From: an uncultured Gammaproteobacteria bacterium
Lineage (GTDB): Bacteria > Pseudomonadota > Gammaproteobacteria > UBA9214
Direction of reading: 5' to 3'
Length of the DNA: 64,000 bases
Assembly (NCBI GenBank): GCA_963773065.1
Contig: CAVYZN010000011.1
Span: 32,001-96,000 of the forward strand
Shown here: positions 1 to 11,193 of the stretch, one piece after another
How positions within the stretch are numbered: the first letter of the stretch is position 1
Layout of the letters: each line of letters begins with the position of its first letter
Position numbers and translations under genes: made by a program
The notes under the pieces: generated by a model
The model's input: the letters and a program-made list of their open reading frames with translations, nothing else
What the model was told of the DNA's origin: nothing
The model's database searches: none

Positions 1-111
1 CCCGAGGTGGCCAGGGGTTACGTGAAGCAGAGCGCCCACCTGGCGCTGGATGACGTCAGGGACTCCATCCGCGAACTGCAGTTCTACCGCGAGCACCTCT
101 TCAAGCCGTGA
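1..111 (+). CDS. orn: oligoribonuclease, 3' end (partial)
   Basis: Frame 1 reads [36 protein letters not shown], matching the Orn C-terminal HxALDDIxESIxELxxYR motif. Confidence 0.85.
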   Translation, partial: PEVARGYVKQSAHLALDDVRDSIRELQFYREHLFKP

Positions 112-144
112 CGGCGGCGATGTGACCTGCCCGGCGGCCGCGGC

Positions 145-963
145 TTATTGCTCGACCGGCAGATCGGGATTGTTGCCCCAGTCCGACCAGGAGCCCGGAT
201 AGCCTTTCACCCGCGGGAAGCCCAGGTGCCGCAGGACGATATAGGTGTGCGCCGAGCGGTGATGACTCTGGCAGTAGGTGATGATCTCCCGGTCAGGGGT
301 GATGCCGATCCGCGAGAGCAGGCGCTCGAGTTCCGCGTCGGGCTTGAAGCGCAGGTCGCGGGTCTGGTCCATGGCTAGGGTCCACTCCAGGTTCACCGCG
401 CCCGGGATATGCCCGCCGCGTTCCGCATAGCGCCTGCCGCCGGTGAATTCCTCGGCGCTGCGGACATCGAGCAGGCCGACTTCCGCATTGCCCAGTCGCG
501 CGCGGATGTAGGCGCTGTCGGCGACCGGTGTGTCATCGTGCGCGACCACGAACGCGGATGGCGCCGGCGTGACCGGGGCGTCATCATAGGGATGGCCTTC
601 GTTGGCCCAGGCATGCAGGCCGCCGTTGAGCAGTGAAAAGCGTGTGTGCCCGGCGACTTCCAGCGTCCACAGGAAACGCGCCGCCCGGCCGCCGCCTTCA
701 TCGTCATAGGCCACGACGTACCTATCCCGTTCGATGCCGAGGGAGGAAAATACCCGCTGCAGCGTCGCGTCATCCGGCAGCAGGCCCATCGCCGGCCTGT
801 TGACGGCGACGATCTCCCCGTAATCCACGAAGACGGCGCCGGGTATGTGCAGTTTGCGGTAGGTGTCGGCCTTGCCCAGGTCGACGATCAGGATATCCGG
901 CGAATACAGGATGTCTTCGAGGCTATCCGTTTCAATCAGCAAGGAGGGTCTGGTGTCGGTCAT
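145..963 (-). CDS. tandem-domain rhodanese/thiosulfate sulfurtransferase (RhdA-like)
   Basis: HIPGA motifs in both domains, active loop YCQSHHRS (cf. RhdA CQTHHR), C-terminal YPGSWSDW signature; start overlaps the glcF stop. Confidence 0.9.
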   Translation of the reverse strand: MTDTRPSLLIETDSLEDILYSPDILIVDLGKADTYRKLHIPGAVFVDYGEIVAVNRPAMGLLPDDATLQRVFSSLGIERDRYVVAYDDEGGGRAARFLWTLEVAGHTRFSLLNGGLHAWANEGHPYDDAPVTPAPSAFVVAHDDTPVADSAYIRARLGNAEVGLLDVRSAEEFTGGRRYAERGGHIPGAVNLEWTLAMDQTRDLRFKPDAELERLLSRIGITPDREIITYCQSHHRSAHTYIVLRHLGFPRVKGYPGSWSDWGNNPDLPVEQ

Positions 964-2192
964 GTTGCCTCGGTAAGTAGTGGTTCCAGCAGTTCGATCC
1001 AGTGTTTGACGGGTACACGGGCATGGCCCGCCAGGTGCATAAGGCAGCCGATATTGGCGGTGGCGATGACACAGGGTCCTTCCGCCTGCAATGCCTCGAG
1101 CTTGTTGTCTCTTAATTTATTGGATAACGCCGCCTGCAGGATGGAATAGGTGCCGGCCGAACCGCAACAGAGATGCTTGTCGGCAACCGGCACCAGTTCA
1201 AATCCCGATTTTGCCAGCAGGCCCTCGACAACGCCATCGAGCTTTTGCGCATGCTGCAGCGTGCAGGGTGAATGAAAGGCAATCTTCCCCGCGCCGGCGG
1301 GCGGACGGATTTTTCCGTCCAGCGTTTCCCGCGCGATGACCTCGCTCAGGTCCCTGGTCAGTTCGCTGACCCGCGCGGCCTTGTCCGCATAGGCGGGATC
1401 CTGCGCCAGCAGTCGTCCGTACTCCTTGACCAGCGGGGCGCACCCGCTGGCCGTGATCACGATCGCCTCGGCGCCGGCGGTGATTTCCGGCCACCAGGCG
1501 TCGATGTTTCTGCGCATCAAGTCCCGGGCCTCGTCCATGGCCCCGAGGTGATGGCTGACGGCACCGCAGCAGCCGCTGCCGGCGACGGTGACGGCGGTGA
1601 TGCCGAGCGCATCCAGGACGCGCCGCGTGGCGTGGTTGATCTGCGGCGCCAAGGCCGGCTGCACGCAACCCTCCGGCAGCAGCATGCGGCGCCGGTGTAA
1701 TTTCCCGCACGCTGGGAGCAGGCGCGCGGGCCGGGCGGGGATCCGCCGCCGTAATCCCGAGGACAGCAGGGGACGCACCGTCTGCCCCAGCCGGAGCAGT
1801 ACGGTGAATGCCCGCCGGTGCGTGAGGATGAGGCGCAGCATACGCCGTACCAGGCGCTCTGCGGGCGAGCGCCTGACCTGCCGTTCGATCACTTCCCGCC
1901 CGGTATCGAGCAGGCGGTGATAATCCACGCCGGAAGGGCAGGTGGTTTCACAGGCGCGGCACGTCAGGCAGCGGTCGAGGTGTAATTGAGTGCGTGCCGT
2001 TGCCATCCGTCCTTCCAGCACCTGCTTGATGAGATAGATGCGCCCGCGCGGCCCGTCCAATTCATCGCCGGTGAGCAGGTAGGTCGGGCAGGTGGCATTG
2101 CAGAAACCGCAGTGCACGCAATTGCGCAGCACCTCGTCGGCTTCGCTTCCCGCCGGGGTGTCGAGCAAGGCTTCAGACAGCGAGGTCTGCAT
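960..2192 (-). CDS. glcF: glycolate oxidase iron-sulfur subunit
   Basis: [12 protein letters not shown] and [12 protein letters not shown] ferredoxin motifs, two CCG domains. Confidence 0.95.
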   Translation of the reverse strand: MQTSLSEALLDTPAGSEADEVLRNCVHCGFCNATCPTYLLTGDELDGPRGRIYLIKQVLEGRMATARTQLHLDRCLTCRACETTCPSGVDYHRLLDTGREVIERQVRRSPAERLVRRMLRLILTHRRAFTVLLRLGQTVRPLLSSGLRRRIPARPARLLPACGKLHRRRMLLPEGCVQPALAPQINHATRRVLDALGITAVTVAGSGCCGAVSHHLGAMDEARDLMRRNIDAWWPEITAGAEAIVITASGCAPLVKEYGRLLAQDPAYADKAARVSELTRDLSEVIARETLDGKIRPPAGAGKIAFHSPCTLQHAQKLDGVVEGLLAKSGFELVPVADKHLCCGSAGTYSILQAALSNKLRDNKLEALQAEGPCVIATANIGCLMHLAGHARVPVKHWIELLEPLLTEAT

Positions 2193-2200
2193 CGTTTCGG

Positions 2201-3256
2201 TTACAGCTCCGGGTACATGCGCCCGGGGTTGAGGATGCCGGCGGGATCGAAGCTGTGCTTGAGGCGCCGGTGCAGCGCAAGCAGCGGTCCGGGCAGGGGA
2301 TGAAAGACCTCGTTGCCAGCGCCGTTGCGAAACAGCGTGGCGTGGCCCCCGGCTGCGGCGGCGCCGTGGCGCAGCGCGGCCGAGGGCAAGCCGGTTTTAT
2401 ACCAGCGCTGGGCGCCGCCCCAGTCGATCAGGCAGTCGCCGTCAAGCGGCAGGGGCGGCGCGGCGGGCGGTACGGCCAATCGCCACAATGGCCGAGCATC
2501 CGCGAAAAACGCCAGCCGCTGTTCGCGCAGGTCATCCCAGAATGTCCCGGCGGCAGGGACTTCATCACCGCCGAGCTTGTCCGCGGCCGCCTTCACCCCT
2601 TGTTCGTACCCCGACAGACGCACCGTCAACCAGCCGTCATGGTAGCAGCCGGCCGAGAGCGGCAATGGCAATCCGGCCCACCGGTTGAACAGCCGGATGG
2701 CCTCTGCGGGCGTGGTTTCCCGCCGCAGCGTGATTTCGGTTTCCGGGCGCGGCAGGACCTTGAGGGTGATGTCGAGCAGTACCGCCAGGGTGCCCAGCGA
2801 ACCGGTGAGGGTGCGCGAGATATCGTAACCGGCGACGTTCTTCATGACCTGCCCGCCAAAGCGCAGCCGTTTGCCGGCGCCGTTGAGACAGGTGATCCCC
2901 AGCACATGATCGCGCACCGCCCCGGCATAGGGACGGCGCGGACCGGACAGGCCGCAGGCGATGGTGCCGCCGAGGGTGGCGGCGGCGCCGAAGTGCGGCG
3001 GTTCAAACGCCAGCATCTGGTTTTCCCGCGCCAGCACCGCCTCGAGCGCCGCCAGCGGCGTGCCGGCGCGCGCCGAGACGACCAGTTCTTCGGGCGCATA
3101 ATCGATAACGCCGGCGTATTCGCCGACGCGGAATTCCTCGGCCGAGATTGCCCTGCCGTAGAAAGCCTTGCTGCCGCCGCCGCGGATAGCCAGCGGCGTG
3201 CCGCTGGAACCGGCATTTCGCAGCGTGTCGGCGAATGACTCGATCAGGTCGGGCAT
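2201..3256 (-). CDS. glcE: glycolate oxidase FAD-binding subunit
   Basis: [22 protein letters not shown] and [13 protein letters not shown] motifs; start placed at MPDLIES. Confidence 0.93.
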   Translation of the reverse strand: MPDLIESFADTLRNAGSSGTPLAIRGGGSKAFYGRAISAEEFRVGEYAGVIDYAPEELVVSARAGTPLAALEAVLARENQMLAFEPPHFGAAATLGGTIACGLSGPRRPYAGAVRDHVLGITCLNGAGKRLRFGGQVMKNVAGYDISRTLTGSLGTLAVLLDITLKVLPRPETEITLRRETTPAEAIRLFNRWAGLPLPLSAGCYHDGWLTVRLSGYEQGVKAAADKLGGDEVPAAGTFWDDLREQRLAFFADARPLWRLAVPPAAPPLPLDGDCLIDWGGAQRWYKTGLPSAALRHGAAAAGGHATLFRNGAGNEVFHPLPGPLLALHRRLKHSFDPAGILNPGRMYPEL

Positions 3257-3278
3257 CTCGTCGGTCCGGATGGCAGGG

Positions 3279-4733
3279 TCAGAAGCGTTCGAGTTCCGGG
3301 TGCGGGAGATTGCCCCGGTGCACATGCAGGGCGCCGAATTCGGCGCAGCGGTGCAGCGTCGGAATGGCCTTGCCGGGATTGAGCAGGCCGCGCGGATCGA
3401 ACGCCTGCTTGACGGCATGGAATTGCGCCAGCTCGTCGCCGTTGAATTGCACGCACATCTGGTTGATCTTCTCAATGCCCACGCCGTGCTCGCCGGTGAT
3501 GGTCCCGCCGACGGCGACGCATAACTCGAGTATCCTGCCGCCCAGTTCCTCGGTGCGTTCGAGTTCCCCCGGCTGGTTGGCGTCGTAGAGTATCAGGGGG
3601 TGCAGGTTGCCGTCGCCGGCGTGGAATACATTGCAGATCGGCAGACCGTATTGCGTGGACAGGACGCCGATTGCCGCGAGCACGTGCGCCAGGTGCCGGC
3701 GCGGTATGGTGCCATCCATGCAGTAGTAGTCCGGCGACAGGCGGCCCATGGCCGGAAAGGCGGCCTTGCGGCCGGCCCAGAATCGCTGGCGCTCCGCTTC
3801 GTCGCGGGAGACGCGCAAATCGACCGCGCCGGCCTGCGCGAATACCTGGCGGGTGCGTTCGATCTGGGCGGCGACATCTTCACGCGTCCCGTCCAGTTCA
3901 CACAACAGGATCGCCGCGGCATCTTCGGGATAACCGGTAGGCACGTACCTTTCCACGGCGCGTATGGCCGGATTGTCGAGCAGTTCCAGCCCGGCCGGAA
4001 TGATGCCGCCGGCGATGACGGCCGTGACGGCGGCCGCGGCGGCCTCGACGGAATCGAATGCCGCCAGGACTACCTGCGCCGTTTCGGGTTTCGCCAGCAG
4101 TTTGACGGTAACCTCGATGACGATGCCCAGCAGTCCCTCCGAGCCGGTCAGCAGGGCAAGCAGGTCATAGCCCGGGCTGTCGAGCGCCTGGCTGCCGATG
4201 GTCAGGCGCTCGCCCTCGATCGTCAGGATCTCGAGTTGCCGGATGTTGTGGACGGTGAGCCCGTATTTCAGGCAATGCACGCCCCCGGCATTTTCCGCCA
4301 CATTGCCGCCGATGGAACAGGCAATCTGCGAGGAGGGATCCGGTGCATAATAAAGACCGTAGGGCTCGGCGGCTTTGGATATGGACAGGTTGGTCACGCC
4401 GGGCTCGACGCGCGCGGTCCGATTGTTGACGTCGATATCGAGTATCCGGTTGAGGCGCGCCAGGCTGAGCAGTACACCGTCGGTCAGGGGCAGCGCGCCG
4501 CCCGACAGGCCCGTGCCGGCGCCCCGCGCGACGACGGGGACGCCTGCTTCGGAACACAACTGCAGCGTAGTCTTTACCTGGTCCGGCGTTTCCGGGATCA
4601 CCACGACCAGGGGAAGCCTGCGATAGGCGGACAGGGCATCGCATTCGTACGGGCGCAAATCTTCCGGGTGGAAGAGCAGGCAATGCGCGGGAAGGCGCCT
4701 GCGCAGCAGATTTATCAAGCTGTTGTCCGACAT
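3279..4733 (-). CDS. glcD: glycolate oxidase subunit GlcD
   Basis: RGAGTGLSGG, APDPSSQIAC, GEHGVG and LNPGKAIP motifs. Confidence 0.95.
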   Translation of the reverse strand: MSDNSLINLLRRRLPAHCLLFHPEDLRPYECDALSAYRRLPLVVVIPETPDQVKTTLQLCSEAGVPVVARGAGTGLSGGALPLTDGVLLSLARLNRILDIDVNNRTARVEPGVTNLSISKAAEPYGLYYAPDPSSQIACSIGGNVAENAGGVHCLKYGLTVHNIRQLEILTIEGERLTIGSQALDSPGYDLLALLTGSEGLLGIVIEVTVKLLAKPETAQVVLAAFDSVEAAAAAVTAVIAGGIIPAGLELLDNPAIRAVERYVPTGYPEDAAAILLCELDGTREDVAAQIERTRQVFAQAGAVDLRVSRDEAERQRFWAGRKAAFPAMGRLSPDYYCMDGTIPRRHLAHVLAAIGVLSTQYGLPICNVFHAGDGNLHPLILYDANQPGELERTEELGGRILELCVAVGGTITGEHGVGIEKINQMCVQFNGDELAQFHAVKQAFDPRGLLNPGKAIPTLHRCAEFGALHVHRGNLPHPELERF

Positions 4734-4895
4734 GTGCCCGAGGGTTATTTGTGGGTGTATGCACCGACAACTCGCGGTTGCGGCCGCATGCGGTGATCAA
4801 GGAACCGACTGCCAGCGCCGATAGTTGTCGAAATACTATAGAACTTCCCCATTGTACACAGGCGGATTATTTGCGCCTCATGCTATGATGAAACG

Positions 4896-5411
4896 ATGAG
4901 ATGCTGTTTGCGACAAGTTGAGTATCATGGCATACCGCCGTACACCTTTGCCGGCCTGATGGATCTGTATGAGTCGAACTACATCCGGTTGAGGAACCTG
5001 GTGCCTGAACTGGATGCCATGCCGGCGATCGCCGTCTCGCGTGTGCCGGGTGCGCTCGATCTACACCTGCAAATAATCGAACGCTGCCGATTCACCACCA
5101 CACTGGGCCTGACCTACCGCTTCCATGACGAGGAAGGCGTATTCCCGGCGCCCGATATCAGGGTGCGCATCTACCATGACGCCCAGGTCGGCGAGGTGAT
5201 CGCCTGCGGTCGCCGGCGCGGCCTGCATCACGCCGAGTACAATCGCCTGCACAACAATTACTCACGCACGGAAAAGTGGCGCATGAACCGCTTCCTGCAG
5301 AAGTGGCTGGGTTACTGTCTCAGGCAAGGCCATCTGCTTTACGCCGGACCATCTATCCCCGTTATATACGGAATCCTCAAAATCTGTCGAGGATTTTATG
5401 CTTATCGCTGA
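4896..5411 (+). CDS. DUF1249 (YqiB-like) protein
   Basis: LYESNYIRL, IRVRIYHDAQVGEV and KWRMNRFLQKWLGYCL motifs. Confidence 0.75.
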   Translation: MRCCLRQVEYHGIPPYTFAGLMDLYESNYIRLRNLVPELDAMPAIAVSRVPGALDLHLQIIERCRFTTTLGLTYRFHDEEGVFPAPDIRVRIYHDAQVGEVIACGRRRGLHHAEYNRLHNNYSRTEKWRMNRFLQKWLGYCLRQGHLLYAGPSIPVIYGILKICRGFYAYR

Positions 5412-5500
5412 ATCCTGAAATTTTTTCTGCCTCACCCTGCCCATTGGCTCAGTACCGGGCCAGGTGCTACTTGATAGTTGTTTCCGACTGCCGCATACTC

Positions 5501-5526
5501 ATTACCTGAGTAAAATGCTAGGTATT
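5501..5526 (+). promoter_or_regulatory. IscR type-1-like operator
   Basis: ATTACCTGAGTAAAATGCTAGGTATT imperfect palindrome about 55 bp upstream of iscR. Confidence 0.6.
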
Positions 5527-5579
5527 TATCCGGCGCGTCCGGCTACGGTCCCGGCACGGCAGTATACGAGGCAAGATTT

Positions 5580-6056
5580 ATGCGATTATCGACGAAAGGG
5601 CGCTATGCGGTTACCGCCATGCTGGATCTTGCCATTCACCATGAAGAGGGACCGGTTACGCTGGCGGATATTTCCGAGAATCAGGGTATATCGCTATCCT
5701 ATCTTGAGCAGCTTTTTGCCCGTTTGAGAAGGCGTGGTCTGGTTGAGGGTTTGCGCGGCCCCGGCGGCGGCTATCGACTGTCGCGCCGTCCCCAGGACAT
5801 ATCGGTGGCGGAGGTGATAACCGCCATTGGCGAGGGCATCGACGCCACCCTGTGTGAAGGCAACAGGGACTGTCAGGAGGGAGAGGAGTGCCTGACCCAT
5901 CAGCTTTGGACAAAACTTGGCCAGGAAATCTTCGACTTTCTCAATGGTATTACCCTGGCCAGTTTTATTGAACGTGATGATGTCAATGAAGTCATACGAC
6001 GCCAGCAGGGCAGAGTGACTCTGGCGGCGCCCCGATTACGCAAGCCCGTGGCATGA
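5580..6056 (+). CDS. iscR: Fe-S cluster assembly regulator IscR
   Basis: MRLSTKGRYAV, SLSYLEQLF, RGPGGGY and the C-x5-C-x5-C-x2-H ligands. Confidence 0.95.
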   Translation: MRLSTKGRYAVTAMLDLAIHHEEGPVTLADISENQGISLSYLEQLFARLRRRGLVEGLRGPGGGYRLSRRPQDISVAEVITAIGEGIDATLCEGNRDCQEGEECLTHQLWTKLGQEIFDFLNGITLASFIERDDVNEVIRRQQGRVTLAAPRLRKPVA

Positions 6057-6091
6057 GATGACCGGATCAATTTCTGAGCAGGATTACCCCT

Positions 6092-7312
6092 ATGAACATT
6101 AGCATACCGATTTACATGGACTACTCGGCGACAACGCCGGTGGATGAACGCGTCGCCGCGAAGATGTGCACCTACCTGACCCGTCAAGGCCAGTTCGGCA
6201 ATCCCGCATCGCGTTCCCATGAATTCGGCTGGAAGGCCGAAGCGGCGGTTGAGGAGGCCCGTCTGCACGTCGCGGCATTGATCAACGCCGACCCCAGGGA
6301 AATCGTCTGGACCTCGGGCGCAACCGAATCCGATAACCTTGCCATCAAGGGCGCCGCTCACTTCTACCGGAAACAGGGCGGGCACATCATCACCCTCAAG
6401 ACCGAGCACAAGGCGGTGCTGGATTCCTGCCGCCAGCTCGAGCGCGAAGGCTGTGAAGTGACCTACATGGATCCCGATCCGAACGGCTTGCTCGATCTGA
6501 AGAAGCTCGAGGCCTGCCTGCGCAACGACACGGTGCTGGTGTCGGTCATGCACGTCAACAACGAAATCGGCGTCATTCAGGACATCGCCGCGATCGGCGA
6601 ATTGTGCCGCGACCGCAGGATCATCTTTCATGTGGATGCCGCGCAGAGTGCCGGCAAGATTCCCATCGACATGGAGAAACTCAAGGTCGATCTGATGTCC
6701 TTTTCGGCCCACAAGATCTACGGCCCCAAGGGGATCGGCGCCTTATACGTGCGCCGCAAGCCGCGGGTGCGTCTCGAGGCCCAGATGCATGGCGGCGGGC
6801 ACGAACGCGGCCTGCGCTCCGGAACCCTGCCCACCCATCAGATCGTCGGCATGGGCGAGGCCTTCCGTATCGCAAAGGAAGAAATGGAGGAAGAGGCCCG
6901 GCGCATCCGCAAGCTCAGGGACCGGCTGTGGAACGGCCTCAATGAAATGGAGGAGGTCTATCTGAATGGCGACATGGACCAGCGCGTGCCCGGCAATCTG
7001 AATGTGAGCTTCAATTACGTCGAAGGCGAAAGCCTGATCATGGCGCTCAAGGACATGGCGGTCTCCTCCGGATCCGCCTGCACCAGTTCCAGCCTGGAAC
7101 CCTCCTATGTGCTGCGCGCGCTGGGCAGAAACGATGAGCTGGCGCACAGCTCCATCCGGTTTACCATCGGACGCTACACGACGGCGGAGGAAGTCGACTA
7201 TATTGTCGCTCGCGTCAGGGAGAAAGTCGCCAAGTTGCGTGAACTCTCGCCCTTGTGGGAAATGTACAAGGATGGCGTCGATCTCAGTTCGGTAAAGTGG
7301 GCGGCGCACTGA
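6092..7312 (+). CDS. iscS: cysteine desulfurase
   Basis: [13 protein letters not shown] motif, SSGSACTS catalytic loop, SPLWEM C-terminus. Confidence 0.97.
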   Translation: MNISIPIYMDYSATTPVDERVAAKMCTYLTRQGQFGNPASRSHEFGWKAEAAVEEARLHVAALINADPREIVWTSGATESDNLAIKGAAHFYRKQGGHIITLKTEHKAVLDSCRQLEREGCEVTYMDPDPNGLLDLKKLEACLRNDTVLVSVMHVNNEIGVIQDIAAIGELCRDRRIIFHVDAAQSAGKIPIDMEKLKVDLMSFSAHKIYGPKGIGALYVRRKPRVRLEAQMHGGGHERGLRSGTLPTHQIVGMGEAFRIAKEEMEEEARRIRKLRDRLWNGLNEMEEVYLNGDMDQRVPGNLNVSFNYVEGESLIMALKDMAVSSGSACTSSSLEPSYVLRALGRNDELAHSSIRFTIGRYTTAEEVDYIVARVREKVAKLRELSPLWEMYKDGVDLSSVKWAAH

Positions 7313-7355
7313 ATTCAGTGCAGGCCCCGGTAACAGGGTTAGCAGGTAAAGGACA

Positions 7356-7679
7356 ATGGCAATTACACTGACACAGGCGGCGGCGAGCCGCGTCAAGCAG
7401 TTTCTCGACAACCGCGGCAAGGGCGTGGGGCTGCGGCTGGGTGTGAAAACCACGGGCTGCTCCGGCATGGCCTACGTGATCGAGTATGCCGATGCGATCG
7501 AGGACAACGATATGGTATTCGAGGACCAGGGCGTCAAGGTCATTGTGAATCCCAAGAGTCTGGCGTACCTCGATGGCACCGAGCTCGATTACGCCAAGGA
7601 AGGACTGAACGAAGGGTTCAGGTTCAATAATCCCAACGTCAAGGACACGTGTGGCTGCGGGGAGAGTTTCAACGTATAG
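7356..7679 (+). CDS. iscA: A-type Fe-S carrier IscA
   Basis: TGCSG and CGCGESF motifs. Confidence 0.95.
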   Translation: MAITLTQAAASRVKQFLDNRGKGVGLRLGVKTTGCSGMAYVIEYADAIEDNDMVFEDQGVKVIVNPKSLAYLDGTELDYAKEGLNEGFRFNNPNVKDTCGCGESFNV

Positions 7680-7722
7680 CCGTATCCGGCCACCCGTGTA
7701 ATCCAACGACGGCTCGTTACTC

Positions 7723-8274
7723 ATGGCGGCGGATCTTTCCTCAAGCTATTTCCAGTTGTTTGACCTGCCCCGGGCATTCGTGATCGACGCCGCGAAACTC
7801 GACAGCCGTTACCGGGAGCTGCAACGCATCGCTCATCCGGACCGGTTCGTGAATGCGAGCGACCAGGAGCGGCGGCTTGCCATGCAGCAGGCGACCCGGA
7901 TCAACGAGGGTTACCAGACGCTGAAGGACCCCCTGAAACGCGGCCGCTATCTGCTCGAACTGGGGGGCTTCGTCTTCAGTGACCAGCACCACACCACCCG
8001 CGATCCGGAATTTCTCCTGCGGCAGATGGAACTGCGCGAGGCGCTGGCAGGGGTAAGATCGGCTTCCGATCCCCTGGCCGTGCTCGGCGGTTTGATCGGA
8101 ACGATAGCCGCTGACTTCGCCGCCTTGACGGGCGAGTTGCAGTCACACCTTGCCGGCGGTGAACGCAATGAGCCGGAAACGGCCGCTGCCATCCTGATGA
8201 AGATGCAATTCTTTCGCCGCCTGCAGGAAGAGGCGCTGGAGCTGGAAGCCGCGATCGAGGATGAACTCGCCTGA
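7723..8274 (+). CDS. hscB: co-chaperone HscB
   Basis: J-domain [13 protein letters not shown]. Confidence 0.93.
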   Translation: MAADLSSSYFQLFDLPRAFVIDAAKLDSRYRELQRIAHPDRFVNASDQERRLAMQQATRINEGYQTLKDPLKRGRYLLELGGFVFSDQHHTTRDPEFLLRQMELREALAGVRSASDPLAVLGGLIGTIAADFAALTGELQSHLAGGERNEPETAAAILMKMQFFRRLQEEALELEAAIEDELA

Positions 8275-8303
8275 ACCCGCCCGGATCGGGGACTCGATTG
8301 AAT

Positions 8304-10185
8304 ATGGCGCTTTTACAGATAACAGAACCCGGTGAGTCCGCCGCCCCGCATGCACACCGGCTGGCGGCCGGCATCGATCTCGGCACCACCAACTCCCTGG
8401 TCGCGAGCGTGCGCAGCGGCGTTGCGGACACCCTGCCGGATGCGAACGGGCGGCATCTGTTGCCCTCGGTGGTGCGCTATACGAAAGCGGGCGGTCCGCT
8501 CGTCGGCCAGGCGGCGCTCGATGCGGCAACGGAGGATCCCCTCAACACCATCGCTTCCGTGAAGCGCCTGATGGGCCGCGGCGTCGAGGATGTCAAGCAT
8601 CTGGGCACGCACCTGCCTTATGATTTCGTCCCGGGCGCAAGCGCCATGCCGCTGCTGCATACCGTGGCCGGCGATATCAGTCCGGTCGAGGTGTCGGCCG
8701 AAATCCTGCGCGTGCTGAAAACCCGCGCCGAGCAGACCCTGGGCGGGGAACTGCAGGGTGTGGTAATCACCGTGCCGGCCTATTTCGACGATGCCCAGCG
8801 CCAGGCGACCAGAGACGCCGGCCGGCTGGCCGGGCTCACCGTCCTGCGGCTGCTGAATGAACCGACGGCGGCCGCGGTGGCGTACGGTCTGGACAAGGGT
8901 TCGGAAGGCGTCATCGCCATCTTCGACTTGGGCGGCGGCACCTTCGATATTTCCATACTGCGACTCAACCGGGGCGTGTTCGAGGTGATGGCGACGGCCG
9001 GCGATACCTCCCTGGGAGGCGATGATATCGACCGGGTCGTGGCGCGCTGGATCATGCAACAGGCGGAGATCGACGAAGCCGCCGGCCATGTGCAGATGCG
9101 CCGCCTCATGCACGTTGCGTGCGCCGCCAAGGAGGCGCTGTCCGGGCAGCCGGCCGTGGCGGTGAGGCTGGAACGCACCGCCGGGCCGGCATGGCAGGGT
9201 GAACTGACCAGGGCACGCTTCGAAGAACTCATCGAGCCGTTGCTGCAAAAGACCCTGAGTCCCTGCCGCCGGGCGCTGCGGGATGCCGGCATCCGCGCCG
9301 GCGATGTCCAGGCGGTGGTGCTGGTCGGTGGTTCGACCCGCATCCCGCTGGTGCGCCGGCGGGTTGCCGAATTCTTCGGCCGCGAGCCCATGGTGGATAT
9401 CGACCCTGAGCGGGTGGTCGCCGTCGGCGCCGCCATCCAGGCCGATATCCTGGCCGGCAACAAGCCCGACGACGAAATGCTGCTGCTCGATGTCATCCCG
9501 CTCTCGCTGGGACTGGAGACCATGGGCGGACTGGTGGAGAAAATCATCCCGCGCAACAGCACGATACCGACGGCACGTGCGCAGGAGTTCACCACCTTCA
9601 AGGACGGCCAGACCGCCATGTCCCTGCACGTGGTGCAGGGAGAGCGTGAACTGGTCAGCGACTGCCGCTCGCTGGCGAGGTTCGAACTGCGCGACATCCC
9701 CCCGATGGTGGCGGGCGCCGCGCGCATCCGCGTGAGCTTCCAGGTGGATGCCGACGGCCTGCTGGATGTCACCGCCGAGGAGCAGGTGACGGGCGCCAGG
9801 AGCAGCGTCGTGGTCAAGCCGTCCTACGGGCTTGGCGACAATGAAATCGAGCAGATGCTGCGGGACTCCCTATCACACGCCCGTCAGGATATGGAACTGC
9901 GCCGTCTGCGCGAGCAGCAGATCGAGGCGGACCGCGTGCTGGAGGCCCTGCGGGCCGCGCTGGCCGAGGACGGCGAGCGCCTCCTGACGGCGGCGGAACG
10001 CGTAGGCATCGAGGCGGCGGCCCGAGCGGCTTGCGCAGGCGCGCAACGGCTCGGATTACCGCGCCATCAAGGCATCCATCGAAACCGTGGAACAGGCGAG
10101 CAGCGACTACGTCGCGCGGCGCATGAACGAGAGTATCCGCAAGGCGATGGCGGGCCACCGCGTCGACGAGTTCAAGTCTTCGTGA
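8304..10185 (+). CDS. hscA: Fe-S chaperone HscA (one apparent frameshift near 10020-10030)
   Basis: [23 protein letters not shown]; the canonical C-terminus [19 protein letters not shown] continues in another frame to TGA at 10185. Confidence 0.92.
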
Positions 10186-10369
10186 CAGTACCCGCAGGCA
10201 GGGTCCACGGCAACGACGCAAGGTGATGATATCGCAGGCACCATGAAAACGGCGGAATACCCTTCCCCTGACATGACGGTTACTTATTTTCCCCGCATCC
10301 CGCGCGTTGTACGCTGGGGCGGTTTTTCTGATCATCGCGACTGACACCACTTCCGGAACCCGTACCGAT

Positions 10370-10708
10370 ATGCCACAGATTATTTTTCTGCCCCACGTGG
10401 AGATCTGCCCCGAAGGGGCCGTCATCGAAGCCGAAACGGGCGCCACGATCTGTGACGCCGCCCTGAAGCATGGCATCGAGATCGAGCATGCCTGCGAGAA
10501 ATCCTGCGCCTGCACCACCTGCCATGTCTATATCCGTGAAGGCGGCGAATCACTGGGCGAGGCGACGGAGCAAGAGGACGACCTGCTGGACAAGGCCTGG
10601 GGACTGGACCCGGATTCACGGCTGAGCTGCCAGACGGTCGTGGCGAACCAGGACCTGGTCATCGAGATACCCAAGTACACCATCAACATGGTGAGCGAGA
10701 ACCACTAG
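10370..10708 (+). CDS. fdx: ISC 2Fe-2S ferredoxin
   Basis: HACEKSCACTTCH and SRLSCQ motifs. Confidence 0.95.
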   Translation: MPQIIFLPHVEICPEGAVIEAETGATICDAALKHGIEIEHACEKSCACTTCHVYIREGGESLGEATEQEDDLLDKAWGLDPDSRLSCQTVVANQDLVIEIPKYTINMVSENH

Positions 10709-10745
10709 CCCGCATCTGTCAGGCCGTATCAAGGGAGATAACCGT

Positions 10746-10946
10746 ATGGGATTGAAATGGACCGATACACTGGATGTCGCCATCGGGCTGGATGAGGCGC
10801 ACCCGGAGGTGGATCCTCACTATGTGAATTTCGTGGATTTGCGCAACTGGGTCATCGCGCTGGATGATTTCGACGATGATCCGCAACACAGCGGCGAGAA
10901 GCTGCTCGAGGCCATCCAGATGGCCTGGATCGAAGAACGCGGCTGA
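10746..10946 (+). CDS. iscX: Fe-S assembly protein IscX
   Basis: MGLKWTD...GEKLLEAIQMAWIEE. Confidence 0.93.
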   Translation: MGLKWTDTLDVAIGLDEAHPEVDPHYVNFVDLRNWVIALDDFDDDPQHSGEKLLEAIQMAWIEERG

Positions 10947-10982
10947 TTGCAGTCCCGGGACCGTTCGTTTCCTCCCGTTATC

Positions 10983-10996
10983 TTGATCATTATCAA
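10983..10996. promoter_or_regulatory. FNR/ANR-type box
   Basis: Exact TTGAT-CATT-ATCAA within a longer palindrome ATCTTGAT-N4-ATCAAGAT. Confidence 0.55.
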
Positions 10997-11193
10997 GATG
11001 ACCACCGGGCTTGCCTGCTATATGCCAATCTGGCGAGAGCTAAGGTCCGAGCAGCGTGATTATCAGCCCCGCGACCAGCATATCGTAAGTAATTTCCCTT
11101 ATGGCGCGGTCGCGGGTTAAAGGACAATACTTGAATCGACAAATGACCCTCCCGAATGATGCGGGAGGAGATAATACAAGAAGGAGGAATGTG

